From an uncultured Bacilli bacterium (GTDB taxonomy: Bacteria; Bacillota_I; Bacilli_A; RFN20; CAG-826), in contig CAJOLV010000009.1 in assembly GCA_905235515.1 (NCBI GenBank), positions 1 through 63,879 of the forward strand: DNA of 63,879 bases, written 5' to 3'. Position 1 is the stretch's first letter. Every line of letters starts with the position of its first letter. Below, piece by piece: positions 8,918-17,861 of this stretch. The position numbers and the translations under genes were made by a program. Under the pieces are notes generated by a model that was not told the DNA's origin, made no database searches, and saw nothing but the letters and a program-made list of their open reading frames with translations.

Positions 8918-9852
8918 AGGGAGTTAGCCTCCTTAATCTTTTTATTCTTAAAGTGCTTTTTAATCTTCATTCCATATTTCTTTTGTAGATAAGGCACTCC
9001 GAGGAAGATTGCTACCACTACTGCGGAAAGCATCTTTAATAATTCGGTATTAAGTCCGAGGAACACGACTGTTTGGAAGATGATGAAGTAGATGATACTT
9101 CCTATTACCACACCTGTTAATCTAGCAAAGAAGTTAGGCGATATCTTAGAGACTATTGCTGTACCGATCACGACTGCGCATAGGCCAATAACAATTGCCC
9201 CTCTTCCCATATTGACATCAGCAAAGCCTTGATATTGACTTAAGAGAGCGCCCGCTAAAGCGACTAATCCATTAGAGATCATTAAGCCTAAGACAATATT
9301 AAATTTAGTGTTAATACCTTGGGCTTTTGACATATGAGGATTATTACCTGTCGCTCTAATTGAGGCCCCTAGTTCTGTGCCAAAGAAGAGATAGAGTAAG
9401 CCAATTATTGCTAAAGCAATCAAACCAATTTTCCATAAGGCATCACCAATGTTTAATTGAGATAATAGGACATAATATTGTCTCACTGATATGGCGATAT
9501 TAGATTTACCATGTGATATCACTAAATTAATAGACCAGAGAGTTAATTGGGTGAGTATTCCAGCTAATATCGGTGGGATGCCTAAAAAGGCATGTAATAA
9601 ACCAGTAATCAATCCACACGCTAATCCAGCGGCGAAGCTAACTAATAAAGCGAGAAAGAAATTACCTCCATTAGTGATAATAATCGCTGAGACTATTCCA
9701 CCAGTAGCAAAACTACCATCCACTGTTAAATCAGGAATATCTAATACTTTATATGTGATATAGACACCAATAGCCATAATCCCCCAGATGATTCCAAGAG
9801 ATATCGCGCTTGGTAAACTTGATAAATAATTTAACATATTATTCCATTTCAA
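8914..9852 (-). CDS. ABC transporter permease (aromatic amino acid-type)
   Basis: PDLTVDGSF, RATGNN and QYQGFADVNMG motifs; multiple TM segments. Confidence 0.92.
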   Translation of the reverse strand: MKWNNMLNYLSSLPSAISLGIIWGIMAIGVYITYKVLDIPDLTVDGSFATGGIVSAIIITNGGNFFLALLVSFAAGLACGLITGLLHAFLGIPPILAGILTQLTLWSINLVISHGKSNIAISVRQYYVLLSQLNIGDALWKIGLIALAIIGLLYLFFGTELGASIRATGNNPHMSKAQGINTKFNIVLGLMISNGLVALAGALLSQYQGFADVNMGRGAIVIGLCAVVIGTAIVSKISPNFFARLTGVVIGSIIYFIIFQTVVFLGLNTELLKMLSAVVVAIFLGVPYLQKKYGMKIKKHFKNKKIKEANSL

Positions 9853-10792
9853 CTGCGGTATATCCCTCTGGTGGGGTGATACCTAATCTTTGGCAAATGA
9901 CTGGATTATATTTCTTGACTGGATGTTCATCATATTCAATTTCCATTGTCTTAATATCCGCGTTATCTAATAAGATCTTCGCAGCCATTTCACCAGTTTT
10001 GACACCAATATTGTAATAAGAGATTGATAAGGTGACCGCACCACAACCTTTACATAATCCTTCTTCACCTGCCACGACTGGTAATTCCTTTTGAGAACAA
10101 ACACTATCTATGATAGAAGCATTGCTTGCACATGTATTATCAGTAGGAATATATAAGACATCAATTGAGTCCGCTTTCGCGTTAAGAACACTATTGATAT
10201 CGTTGCTATCAGAAAACGCCATCGATTCTACTTGTAGACCTAATTTAGTTAATTCATCAGCGACAACATCAACTTGATATTTAGAATTAGCTTCTGCTGA
10301 GCAATATAAGATGCCGACCTTTTGCGCGGTAGGAAAGATTTCTTTCACCATTTTGGCTTGTTCATCTAATGGGGCCAAATCACTAGTGCCACTAATATTA
10401 GTGCCTGTTGCACCAGAGAAATTATCAATTCCTAAAGCCACACCATATTCAGTAATTGATGTTCCTAAAATTGGAATAGTTAATGTCGCGTTAGCGGCAG
10501 CTTGTAAAGCTGGGGTGGCGTTTGCCATCAATAAATCCACTTTCTTATTCACAAATGAATTAACAATTGTTGTGCAGCTATTCGCTTCTCCTGCGGCATT
10601 TTGTAAATCAAATCTGACGTTTTCTTCACCTAATCTTTTAATCACTTCATCTTTAAACCCTTCTGTCGCAGCGTCTAATGCTGGATGGGGGGCCAATTGA
10701 CAAATCCCGATGGTAAATTTCTTTTTGCTACTACAGCCTCCTAAGGCCATACATGTGGTTAATGCAATTAATGCAAACATACCTTTTTTCAT
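9839..10792 (-). CDS. ABC transporter substrate-binding lipoprotein (TrpX/ABC_sub_bind type, probably Tyr/aromatic amino acids)
   Basis: Lipobox LGGC; IGICQLAPHPALD, ATPALQA, SGTSDLAP and YIPTDNT motifs. Confidence 0.9.
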   Translation of the reverse strand: MKKGMFALIALTTCMALGGCSSKKKFTIGICQLAPHPALDAATEGFKDEVIKRLGEENVRFDLQNAAGEANSCTTIVNSFVNKKVDLLMANATPALQAAANATLTIPILGTSITEYGVALGIDNFSGATGTNISGTSDLAPLDEQAKMVKEIFPTAQKVGILYCSAEANSKYQVDVVADELTKLGLQVESMAFSDSNDINSVLNAKADSIDVLYIPTDNTCASNASIIDSVCSQKELPVVAGEEGLCKGCGAVTLSISYYNIGVKTGEMAAKILLDNADIKTMEIEYDEHPVKKYNPVICQRLGITPPEGYTAVEME

Positions 10793-10812
10793 AAGTGTCT
10801 CCTCCTAGTTAA

Positions 10813-10843
10813 GAAAAAAGTTTGGCGTTATTGACACCAAACT
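10813..10843 (-). terminator. Attenuator terminator upstream of the ABC operon
   Basis: Minus strand AGTTTGGTGT-CAATA-ACGCCAAACT followed by a T-run, about 20 nt before the start codon. Confidence 0.85.
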
Positions 10844-10919
10844 ATTTATTTATATCTTTTACTAGCAGGTGCCCTATCAATAATGTTAATCAGTAACACC
10901 TAAACAAAAGAGCCAAGTA

Positions 10920-10976
10920 TTATTGATCATTCCTTGGATAATAATAGCCGTAAAAGTAATAGTTAACGTGCTTCAT
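10920..10976 (-). CDS. Tyr-rich leader peptide MKHVNYYFYGYYYPRNDQ (ribosome-mediated attenuation)
   Basis: 18-aa ORF with 6 Tyr and 1 Phe codons within 8 consecutive positions, lying between a promoter and a terminator upstream of an aromatic amino acid-type ABC operon. Confidence 0.85.
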   Translation of the reverse strand: MKHVNYYFYGYYYPRNDQ

Positions 10977-10998
10977 ACTTTTCTCTTTTATGGGTCTT

Positions 10999-11026
10999 AT
11001 TATAATCCTATTTGTTGATATAGCAA
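10999..11026 (-). promoter_or_regulatory. Sigma70-type promoter of the leader/ABC operon
   Basis: Minus strand TTGCTA-N16-TATAAT. Confidence 0.65.
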
Positions 11027-11066
11027 TAATTAATTCAATATTTTTAGCGCAAAAATACCGAGTTAA

Positions 11067-11247
11067 GAAGATAGAGATTTCCTTATTAAAACACTAGAAA
11101 ATGTTCCAAAAGCAAATGAAGAATTGAAGAAGTTGTTCAAAGAAATGATAACTTAGTCATCTCTAAAAAAGCCTTTTAGATATGATTGATAAATCAATGG
11201 AAAATCTCAAACAAGGTATTGTTTCAGAACCAATTAAAATCAAATAG
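11067..11247 (+). pseudogene. Remnants of small antitoxin-like genes
   Basis: EDRDFLIKTLENVPKANEELKKLF (11067-11156) resembles a DUF1778 C-terminus; a second fragment MIDKSMENLKQGIVSEPIKIK lies at 11182-11247. Confidence 0.4.
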
Positions 11248-11325
11248 TTAATCTTTAACATTTATTGAATAATAAAAAAGAAAAAGGCATACTATTATTA
11301 GCGATTTAAAAGAAAGGATATCCAC

Positions 11326-12075
11326 ATGTACAAATTAATATTAGTCAGACATGGTGAAAGTGAATGGAATAAACTCAATCTTTTTACTGGTTGGACAGAT
11401 GTCGAATTAAGTGAAACCGGTAGAGCGGAAGCCAAAGCTGCTGGCCAAGGTTTAAAAGAATTAGGTGTTAAATTTGATGTTTGTTTTACCTCTTATTTAA
11501 AAAGAGCTATCCATACATTAAATTACATCTTAGATGAAATGGATTTAGCCTATTTACCAGTTTATAAAGCTTGGCAATTAAATGAACGTCACTATGGCGC
11601 GCTTCAAGGTTTAAATAAAGCCGAAACAGCGGAAAAATTTGGTGAACCACAAGTCAAGCTCTGGAGAAGAAGTTATGATGTTCCACCACCAGAATTAGAT
11701 CCAAAGGATCCAAGATGCCCAGCTAATCAAGAAACTTATAAAAACGTTAATAAGAAAGAACTCCCATTAACTGAATCTTTAAAGATTACAGTCGAAAGAG
11801 TTGTTCCATATTTCAATGAAAAGATTAAACCAGAATTAGAAGCTGGTAAAACCGTCTTAGTGGCCGCTCACGGTAATTCCTTAAGAGCGTTAATTATGCA
11901 TTTAGAACATATGTCTGAAGAAGACGTCATTAATCTTAACTTACCTACCGGTGTCCCAGTCATTTATGAATTAGATGATAATTATGAAGTTATCTCTAAA
12001 CAATATGTCGGTGACCAAGAAGCCATCAAAGCAAAAATGAACGCTGTGGCAAACCAAGGCAAAGTACAAAAATAA
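11326..12075 (+). CDS. gpmA: 2,3-bisphosphoglycerate-dependent phosphoglycerate mutase
   Basis: [31 protein letters not shown] and AHGNSLR motifs. Confidence 0.97.
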   Translation: MYKLILVRHGESEWNKLNLFTGWTDVELSETGRAEAKAAGQGLKELGVKFDVCFTSYLKRAIHTLNYILDEMDLAYLPVYKAWQLNERHYGALQGLNKAETAEKFGEPQVKLWRRSYDVPPPELDPKDPRCPANQETYKNVNKKELPLTESLKITVERVVPYFNEKIKPELEAGKTVLVAAHGNSLRALIMHLEHMSEEDVINLNLPTGVPVIYELDDNYEVISKQYVGDQEAIKAKMNAVANQGKVQK

Positions 12076-12095
12076 TTAATATATTATTAATTGTG

Positions 12096-12126
12096 AAAAA
12101 AGGAGTGTTTACGCTCCTTTATTTTT
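12096..12126 (+). terminator. Intrinsic (possibly bidirectional) terminator after gpmA
   Basis: AAAGGAGTG-TTTA-CGCTCCTTT with A and T runs. Confidence 0.75.
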
Positions 12127-12358
12127 GTTCTCCACTATTTCCACTCAAGTTCAATTGTCTTTTTTTCACAACATCAAGCTAGTAGTTTCCAAAGCCAACT
12201 AATCTAATACCGAAGTGTTCATATGATTGTGCCCATTTAGCAATAACAGCAAAATAACAACAAGAAAACCTTTTTTATATTTGAGATTTTGATAACTTAT
12301 CTACTTAATATCCAAAAGATTAAATTAACTAAAAAAATAAAGATAATATCGTAGAAAA

Positions 12359-13276
12359 TTAGATGTTATTTAAGAATTCATCAATTTCTTGATTAGATGG
12401 AGCGACATGTATCGCTCCTTTCTTTTGTGTGGCTAATCCGCCAGCGACATTGGCTCTCTTAAGAGCGGTGATGATATTATCATCGTCATTCATATCTAAA
12501 CCTTGATCAACACTATAGAGGAAATAGGAATAGAAAGCATCCCCTGCACCTGTTGTGTCTACTGGTTTAAGTGGATATGAACTAACTTTAATAAATTTAT
12601 CTTTGCTATAGAAGATAGAGCCATCTTTTCCAAGGGTCACTACTGCGATTTGTTTATCATTTAATAATGCTTTTAGACCTTTTAAGACATCTTTTTGATT
12701 AGATAGTAATTCTAATTCTTCTTCAGTGAATTTAATGATATCCGCGCATTTAAGGGATTTTAAGAATATATCTTTGGCTTCTTTTTCACTTTTAAAGATG
12801 TCATCACGATAATTGACATCAAAAGAGATTAAGCAATTGTAATTATTATGAATATACTCAATAGCGGAATAATAGAAATCTCTCCCTTGTTGATACGAGA
12901 GCATTAATGAACCGATATGAACAATGGAGATTTTTGATAAATCAAATTTCTTTAATTGATTGATATCTAATAGATAGTCACTACCGCTGTCTCTTTTAAA
13001 TCTAAATGATCTTTCACCATTATCAAGAGTAACAATTGCTTGAGTAGTTTCTCTACCTTTAATCACATCAATATAAGCATTAGGTAATTTCTTTTTTGCA
13101 AAATCTAATAATAGATGACCATATTCATCTGGTGATACCGCTCCATAGAAGGAGGCTTCACCATTAAAATGGGCAATATTACTTGCTACGTTAAAAGGCG
13201 CTCCACCAGGATAGGCTGTCTTTTTATCACCTTCAATAAATATATCTACTAAGATTTCTCCAACTGATAACACCAT
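12359..13276 (-). CDS. PfkB-family carbohydrate kinase, probable fructokinase
   Basis: PGGAPFNVA, SFDVNYR and VDTTGAGDAF motifs; last gene of the fructan locus. Confidence 0.9.
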   Translation of the reverse strand: MVLSVGEILVDIFIEGDKKTAYPGGAPFNVASNIAHFNGEASFYGAVSPDEYGHLLLDFAKKKLPNAYIDVIKGRETTQAIVTLDNGERSFRFKRDSGSDYLLDINQLKKFDLSKISIVHIGSLMLSYQQGRDFYYSAIEYIHNNYNCLISFDVNYRDDIFKSEKEAKDIFLKSLKCADIIKFTEEELELLSNQKDVLKGLKALLNDKQIAVVTLGKDGSIFYSKDKFIKVSSYPLKPVDTTGAGDAFYSYFLYSVDQGLDMNDDDNIITALKRANVAGGLATQKKGAIHVAPSNQEIDEFLNNI

Positions 13277-13291
13277 AACAACATCTCCAAT

Positions 13292-13316
13292 AAAAAACCG
13301 AGAGTTGGCTCGGTTT
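13292..13316 (-). terminator. Intrinsic terminator between the surface protein and fructokinase genes
   Basis: AAACCGAG/CTCGGTTT hairpin with a T-run on the minus strand. Confidence 0.65.
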
Positions 13317-13333
13317 AATTATATAATTAATTA

Positions 13334-15190
13334 TTAGTTTTGTTTACGTTTTTTAAAGAAGAATAATCCGCATAAACCCACTAATGCGATTGTAGAAATA
13401 ACAACAATGATAAATTCTGCATTATTGCCTGTTCTAGATAGCAATGAGTTAGAGGAATTTCCACTTTCGGTTGGTGTGAGATTATTTTTAGAAATAATGG
13501 CTGGAATAACTGTTCCTAAATTACCTTTCACAACCGCTTTTTCATACCAATTGCCAGAAGCGTCTGTGCCTCTTGTATAATCTTCAGATGCATTAACGAT
13601 AGCTCTTGCATCATTGGTCAACGCTGAATAATCATCACAAAGATCTTGCAATTCATTTGAAGTAAAACCAGAACAATCTAAATATTTAAATGATCCATTA
13701 GCGCGGAAGACACTGTAGTAGTTTTGTAAGAAATCATATGCTTCTTTAAGAGCGGAAGTATCTTCTGCTGGTCCATCATCAAATGCATAGTCAACTCCAC
13801 CAGCACCTTCAACAGCATTAACATAAACATCTTTTAAAACGGGATATGTGGCTGTGCCATTATTTTGGGTAGCAACTTCCACTTTAAATCCTGGTAATTC
13901 AGAATAATTTGCTTTTAATTCATCAAAATAGACAGCATTCCATCCACCAGGTTTATTAGCGACATCAGCAATACCGATTTGGACTAATCTACCCGCATAT
14001 TTTGAGAAATTGACAACGTGTCTTACTAATGTACAAACATTCACTTCACCTGTGGCGACTAAATGATTATCGCCATTAGAAACAAATGTTTTGCAGTCTA
14101 CCCACGCTAAATCATTAGCGCTTTCAAAGTCGATTAAGTGTAATGAAGCAGAATTACCTGCCATTTTAATACTGACGATACCATTTTCTGGTAAACGGAA
14201 TGGTTTAGAAATGAATCTATAGACAGAATCATCGCTAGCGACATAACCAAATTCATGATCGGTATAGTCATCGTTCGCACCACCATACCATCCTTTAAAG
14301 AATCCGTTAGTGTTATTGAATGGTAAATTGAATCCGCCATTACGATATGTGGACTGAGAAATGACTCTATCTTGATGTCTTTCACCAATACTATCGTCTC
14401 CGTAAAGATCTTTGACCCAATTGGCGTTAAATGATTCTTGAGTATCAAAGCTTTCAGCAAAGCCATTTTCATAAACGAAACCATTTCTTAAACTTCCATT
14501 TAAGCGATAATGATTCCTTAATGTAGCAATGCTGGCTTCTTCTGCTTCTCCATTTTGGCAACTAGAATAATATAGCCATTGAGCATCGGAAACTTGTTGA
14601 TGTGTTTGGTTAACGTGTAAATAGCCAAATTCATTCGCACCGTAGTCATTTCCCCTACCATCAACTAAATCGACAGACATATAAAAATCGCCATTCAAAG
14701 CCGCATACTCTTCATCGGAAATAAAGAAGTTTCTTAAAACCAAAGTAGTTTTTGAGAATGTATCATTCCAGAAATCATGAACATATGTTGGTTCTGTAGC
14801 ATCTTCACTAGCCCATAATTTGAAGACTAATTTAACATCTGAACTCTCGCCAACATGGTTATTATTAGCACAGCCGTATTGGAAATAAATCCATTGAGTG
14901 GTTTGACGCCATTTACGTGAATTCAATGTTCCTGTCCAGCCTTCATGGTCTAAACAGCCATCAAAAACTGACCCCAAGGCATTTAAAGTTTTTCCATTCC
15001 AGCAGGTTGCTTCAGTACCTCTAAATGTTCCAGCATCAGCTACCCAGTTAGTAAAGAAGGCTTCATTCATCTCAATAGATGTTTCTGGGTCATCAGCTTT
15101 TGCTTTTTCTACTTGGATTTTAGCAGAGACACTCGCTACTGCGGCAGTTGCTAAAGCAGTTGCGCCAAGCAAAACAAATAATTTTTTCAT
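13334..15190 (-). CDS. Membrane-anchored non-catalytic protein with two divergent CBM38-like (fructan-binding) modules
   Basis: Signal peptide; SKPFRLPENGIVSIKMAG...FSKYAGRLVQIGIADV...FDEL resembles the repeats of 19191-21680; helical stalk, TM and KKRK tail. Confidence 0.6.
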   Translation of the reverse strand: MKKLFVLLGATALATAAVASVSAKIQVEKAKADDPETSIEMNEAFFTNWVADAGTFRGTEATCWNGKTLNALGSVFDGCLDHEGWTGTLNSRKWRQTTQWIYFQYGCANNNHVGESSDVKLVFKLWASEDATEPTYVHDFWNDTFSKTTLVLRNFFISDEEYAALNGDFYMSVDLVDGRGNDYGANEFGYLHVNQTHQQVSDAQWLYYSSCQNGEAEEASIATLRNHYRLNGSLRNGFVYENGFAESFDTQESFNANWVKDLYGDDSIGERHQDRVISQSTYRNGGFNLPFNNTNGFFKGWYGGANDDYTDHEFGYVASDDSVYRFISKPFRLPENGIVSIKMAGNSASLHLIDFESANDLAWVDCKTFVSNGDNHLVATGEVNVCTLVRHVVNFSKYAGRLVQIGIADVANKPGGWNAVYFDELKANYSELPGFKVEVATQNNGTATYPVLKDVYVNAVEGAGGVDYAFDDGPAEDTSALKEAYDFLQNYYSVFRANGSFKYLDCSGFTSNELQDLCDDYSALTNDARAIVNASEDYTRGTDASGNWYEKAVVKGNLGTVIPAIISKNNLTPTESGNSSNSLLSRTGNNAEFIIVVISTIALVGLCGLFFFKKRKQN

Positions 15191-15272
15191 AATAGTATCA
15201 CTCCTTTATAAATTGTTTCAATTATTCCAAACAGCTTGTTTTTATTTTAACACATTATAATGTGTTTAACCT

Positions 15273-17861
15273 TTAATTATTTTTAAATTCTTCATTCTTT
15301 TTGATAACAATTAATAAAACCGTTAATAAAGAGACAGAAGAAATTAAGATACTAGCGGATAAAATTGATCCACCGCAACCTTTCTTTTCTGGTTGTTCTG
15401 GTTCTGGTTCAGGTTGTGGCTCTGGTTCTGGATCAACTGGGTCAATAGGATCGACTGGGTCTACAGGGTCAACAGGTGTTGTTTCGCTGTCTTTCCAACT
15501 AGCCACTAGTGTTAAATCGCTATTAACATCGATGATTTGACCAACTTGATATTGTTCACTACCGATTAACCAGCAATCAAATTCTTGTCCCTCAGGAGCG
15601 ATAAATGTACAAGATGGTAAGGTATAATCACCTTCTACATCAGTAACATCTGCCATTTCACCTGTTCCACCATTAGAGTCAAAACTAATTGTGTAAGAAT
15701 CTTCTATGACTGAAATTTTCTTCCATTTAGCAAATACTTCAGTATCACTGACAATATCTACTTTATCCCCCGCAGCGTATAATTCATTTTTAATAATCCA
15801 ACAATCAAATTCTTTACCTTCGGGTGCAATAAATGTACAAGTAGGTAAAGTGAGTTGTTCTCCTTCATTTACCTCAACATTTTCCATTGTGCCTGCTCCA
15901 CCATTGGAGTTAAAGGTGACTGTGAAAACAGCAATTTTCCATTGCGCAGTAATTGTCACATCCGCTGTAACAGCGATTTTATCACCAGGTTGTTTTATTT
16001 CTTCATCGCTACCGACTTTCCAACCGGCAAACGCTTTACCTTCCGGAGCGGTAAAACCACATTGTGGTAAAGAATATTCTCCTTTAATTGCCACATTAGT
16101 CATAGAACCACTACCACCATTAGAGGCAAAAGTTACTGTGAATGTTTCATATTCATCCACTAATGCACTGAAGGATGTTGATATTTCATTACTTGCGGTA
16201 ACGCCTTTGCGATACCATTCGTTAGAAAATTCTTGATTGTATTGTAAATCAGTAGATTTATTAACGATTTGTTGAGCATCACTATCTAAAGCGAGATATT
16301 CATTCACGATTTGTTGTTTAGTTTCTTCACTTGCTTTAGCGTAGTTAAATTCATTATCTGGTGAACGTAAAGCACTATAGTAATGTTTCAAGAATTTATA
16401 GGCATTATAGATTGGTGTTTCATCAACTGTTGTGACATCTTCCTTTGGAAGTTTATATTTTAAACCATTAGAGTCGTTATCAATATGAGTGCTAGCGATA
16501 TATTGGTCAAAATAATACATATGAGCGACATCTTGTAAACCTTCACCACATTGTTGACTGGTGGTATCGATATCAAATGATGGATATGATTCATAATTAG
16601 TGATTAATTCATCGAAATAGCTAGATGCCCATTGGTCTGAATAAACATCCGCTAAAGCGAGTTGAATAGTTTTACCTAAATATTCACTCAAATTGATATA
16701 ATGTCTGACCATCGTCACAGTGTTAAAGCCTAAATATTGGCTCTTTTCATCACCATTTAAATTAAATGTTCTTAAGTCGGCCCACGCTAAGTCTTCTTGA
16801 GTTTCAGCATCGATAACATGTAAAGAAGCAGATTTACCAGCCATTTTGATACTAACTAGGCCTGTTCCACCTAATACAAATGGACGAGATTTAAATCTAT
16901 AAATAGGATTGTCACTAGCGACATATCCTTGTCCGTTTTCTCTATAACCACGGAAGAAGGAAGAACCAGTTTTATTAAATGGCATCGTACTATAATCCGC
17001 ACCACTACGATATTCATAAATGGATAAAAGTTCATCTGGATAGCGGTCTAAAACTTCAAAATTATCGTAATTAACATCTAGATACCAATGGTTTAAGAAG
17101 TTAGTTTTGCTATCAAAATTCTCATCGATATTAGAAGCAGTCTTTAAAAAGACCTTCTTTAAATCCGCGTTAGCTAAATAATGGCCAAAAATATTCCTTG
17201 GATTATAATCGTTAACTTCTACTAATTGGATGTGGTTGAGATAGTATCTCATCGCATCACCAACTTGTTCTTCTGTTTGGTTAACATGCAAATAACCAAA
17301 ATTATGGAAACCATAATCCGCTCCTGGCCTTTGATCAATTAAATTGATATACATATCAAAACCATTTTCCTGGTCTAATAAAGCATATTGTTCATCAGGA
17401 ATCTTAAAATATCTTAAAAGCATTGGGTTACCACTGAAAGTATCGTTTTCCATTGTGAAAGTATATGAACCACAATGTATTTCTAAAGTTGGTTTATTTT
17501 CTAATCCATTATTTGCGCCACCCCAAGTGAAATAAATATATTGGGTATATTGTGTCCAAGTTTTTAAAGTAAGAGTTCCTTGCCAATCTCCTTTTGTTTC
17601 ACCTCTAAAAAATGTATCTAAAGCATTAAAATGATGATTTTCATCCCAGAATGTCGCATTTTTGTCAGCAAAATCACCAGCGTCATCAGTCCAATTTGTA
17701 AATGCACTAGAGTTCATTTCAATATAAGTAACAGGATCTACTGCTTTTGCTTCTTTGAGATTAGATTTTGCGCTTGAAGCATACCCGATAGCAAGCACAC
17801 CAGCAATTAATGTTAAAGGAATTAATGTCATTTTTTTCATAATTTGTAAACCTACTTTCAT
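15273..17861 (-). CDS. Surface protein: two CBM38-like modules, three Listeria-Bacteroides (InlB B/Flg_new-like) repeats, Pro-rich linker, Cys-Gly C-terminal anchor
   Basis: Paralog of 13334-15190; three (V/I)(T/S)FxSNGGxGxM..LPxCxFxAPEG repeats; PVD/PEP repeats; KKGCGGS-TM-KK. Start may be 17840. Confidence 0.7.
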   Translation of the reverse strand: MKVGLQIMKKMTLIPLTLIAGVLAIGYASSAKSNLKEAKAVDPVTYIEMNSSAFTNWTDDAGDFADKNATFWDENHHFNALDTFFRGETKGDWQGTLTLKTWTQYTQYIYFTWGGANNGLENKPTLEIHCGSYTFTMENDTFSGNPMLLRYFKIPDEQYALLDQENGFDMYINLIDQRPGADYGFHNFGYLHVNQTEEQVGDAMRYYLNHIQLVEVNDYNPRNIFGHYLANADLKKVFLKTASNIDENFDSKTNFLNHWYLDVNYDNFEVLDRYPDELLSIYEYRSGADYSTMPFNKTGSSFFRGYRENGQGYVASDNPIYRFKSRPFVLGGTGLVSIKMAGKSASLHVIDAETQEDLAWADLRTFNLNGDEKSQYLGFNTVTMVRHYINLSEYLGKTIQLALADVYSDQWASSYFDELITNYESYPSFDIDTTSQQCGEGLQDVAHMYYFDQYIASTHIDNDSNGLKYKLPKEDVTTVDETPIYNAYKFLKHYYSALRSPDNEFNYAKASEETKQQIVNEYLALDSDAQQIVNKSTDLQYNQEFSNEWYRKGVTASNEISTSFSALVDEYETFTVTFASNGGSGSMTNVAIKGEYSLPQCGFTAPEGKAFAGWKVGSDEEIKQPGDKIAVTADVTITAQWKIAVFTVTFNSNGGAGTMENVEVNEGEQLTLPTCTFIAPEGKEFDCWIIKNELYAAGDKVDIVSDTEVFAKWKKISVIEDSYTISFDSNGGTGEMADVTDVEGDYTLPSCTFIAPEGQEFDCWLIGSEQYQVGQIIDVNSDLTLVASWKDSETTPVDPVDPVDPIDPVDPEPEPQPEPEPEQPEKKGCGGSILSASILISSVSLLTVLLIVIKKNEEFKNN
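15388..15477 (-). repeat. Low-complexity Pro-rich linker repeats (PVD)n(PE)n
   Basis: TCTGGT-type and 9-nt degenerate tandem repeats encoding PVDPVDPVDPIDPVDPEPEPQPEPEPEQPE. Confidence 0.8.

Noticed and set aside
10793-11000. T-box riboswitch upstream of the ABC operon
   Set aside because: No T-box consensus (GGTGGNACCGCG) seen; the Tyr-rich uORF explains the leader better.
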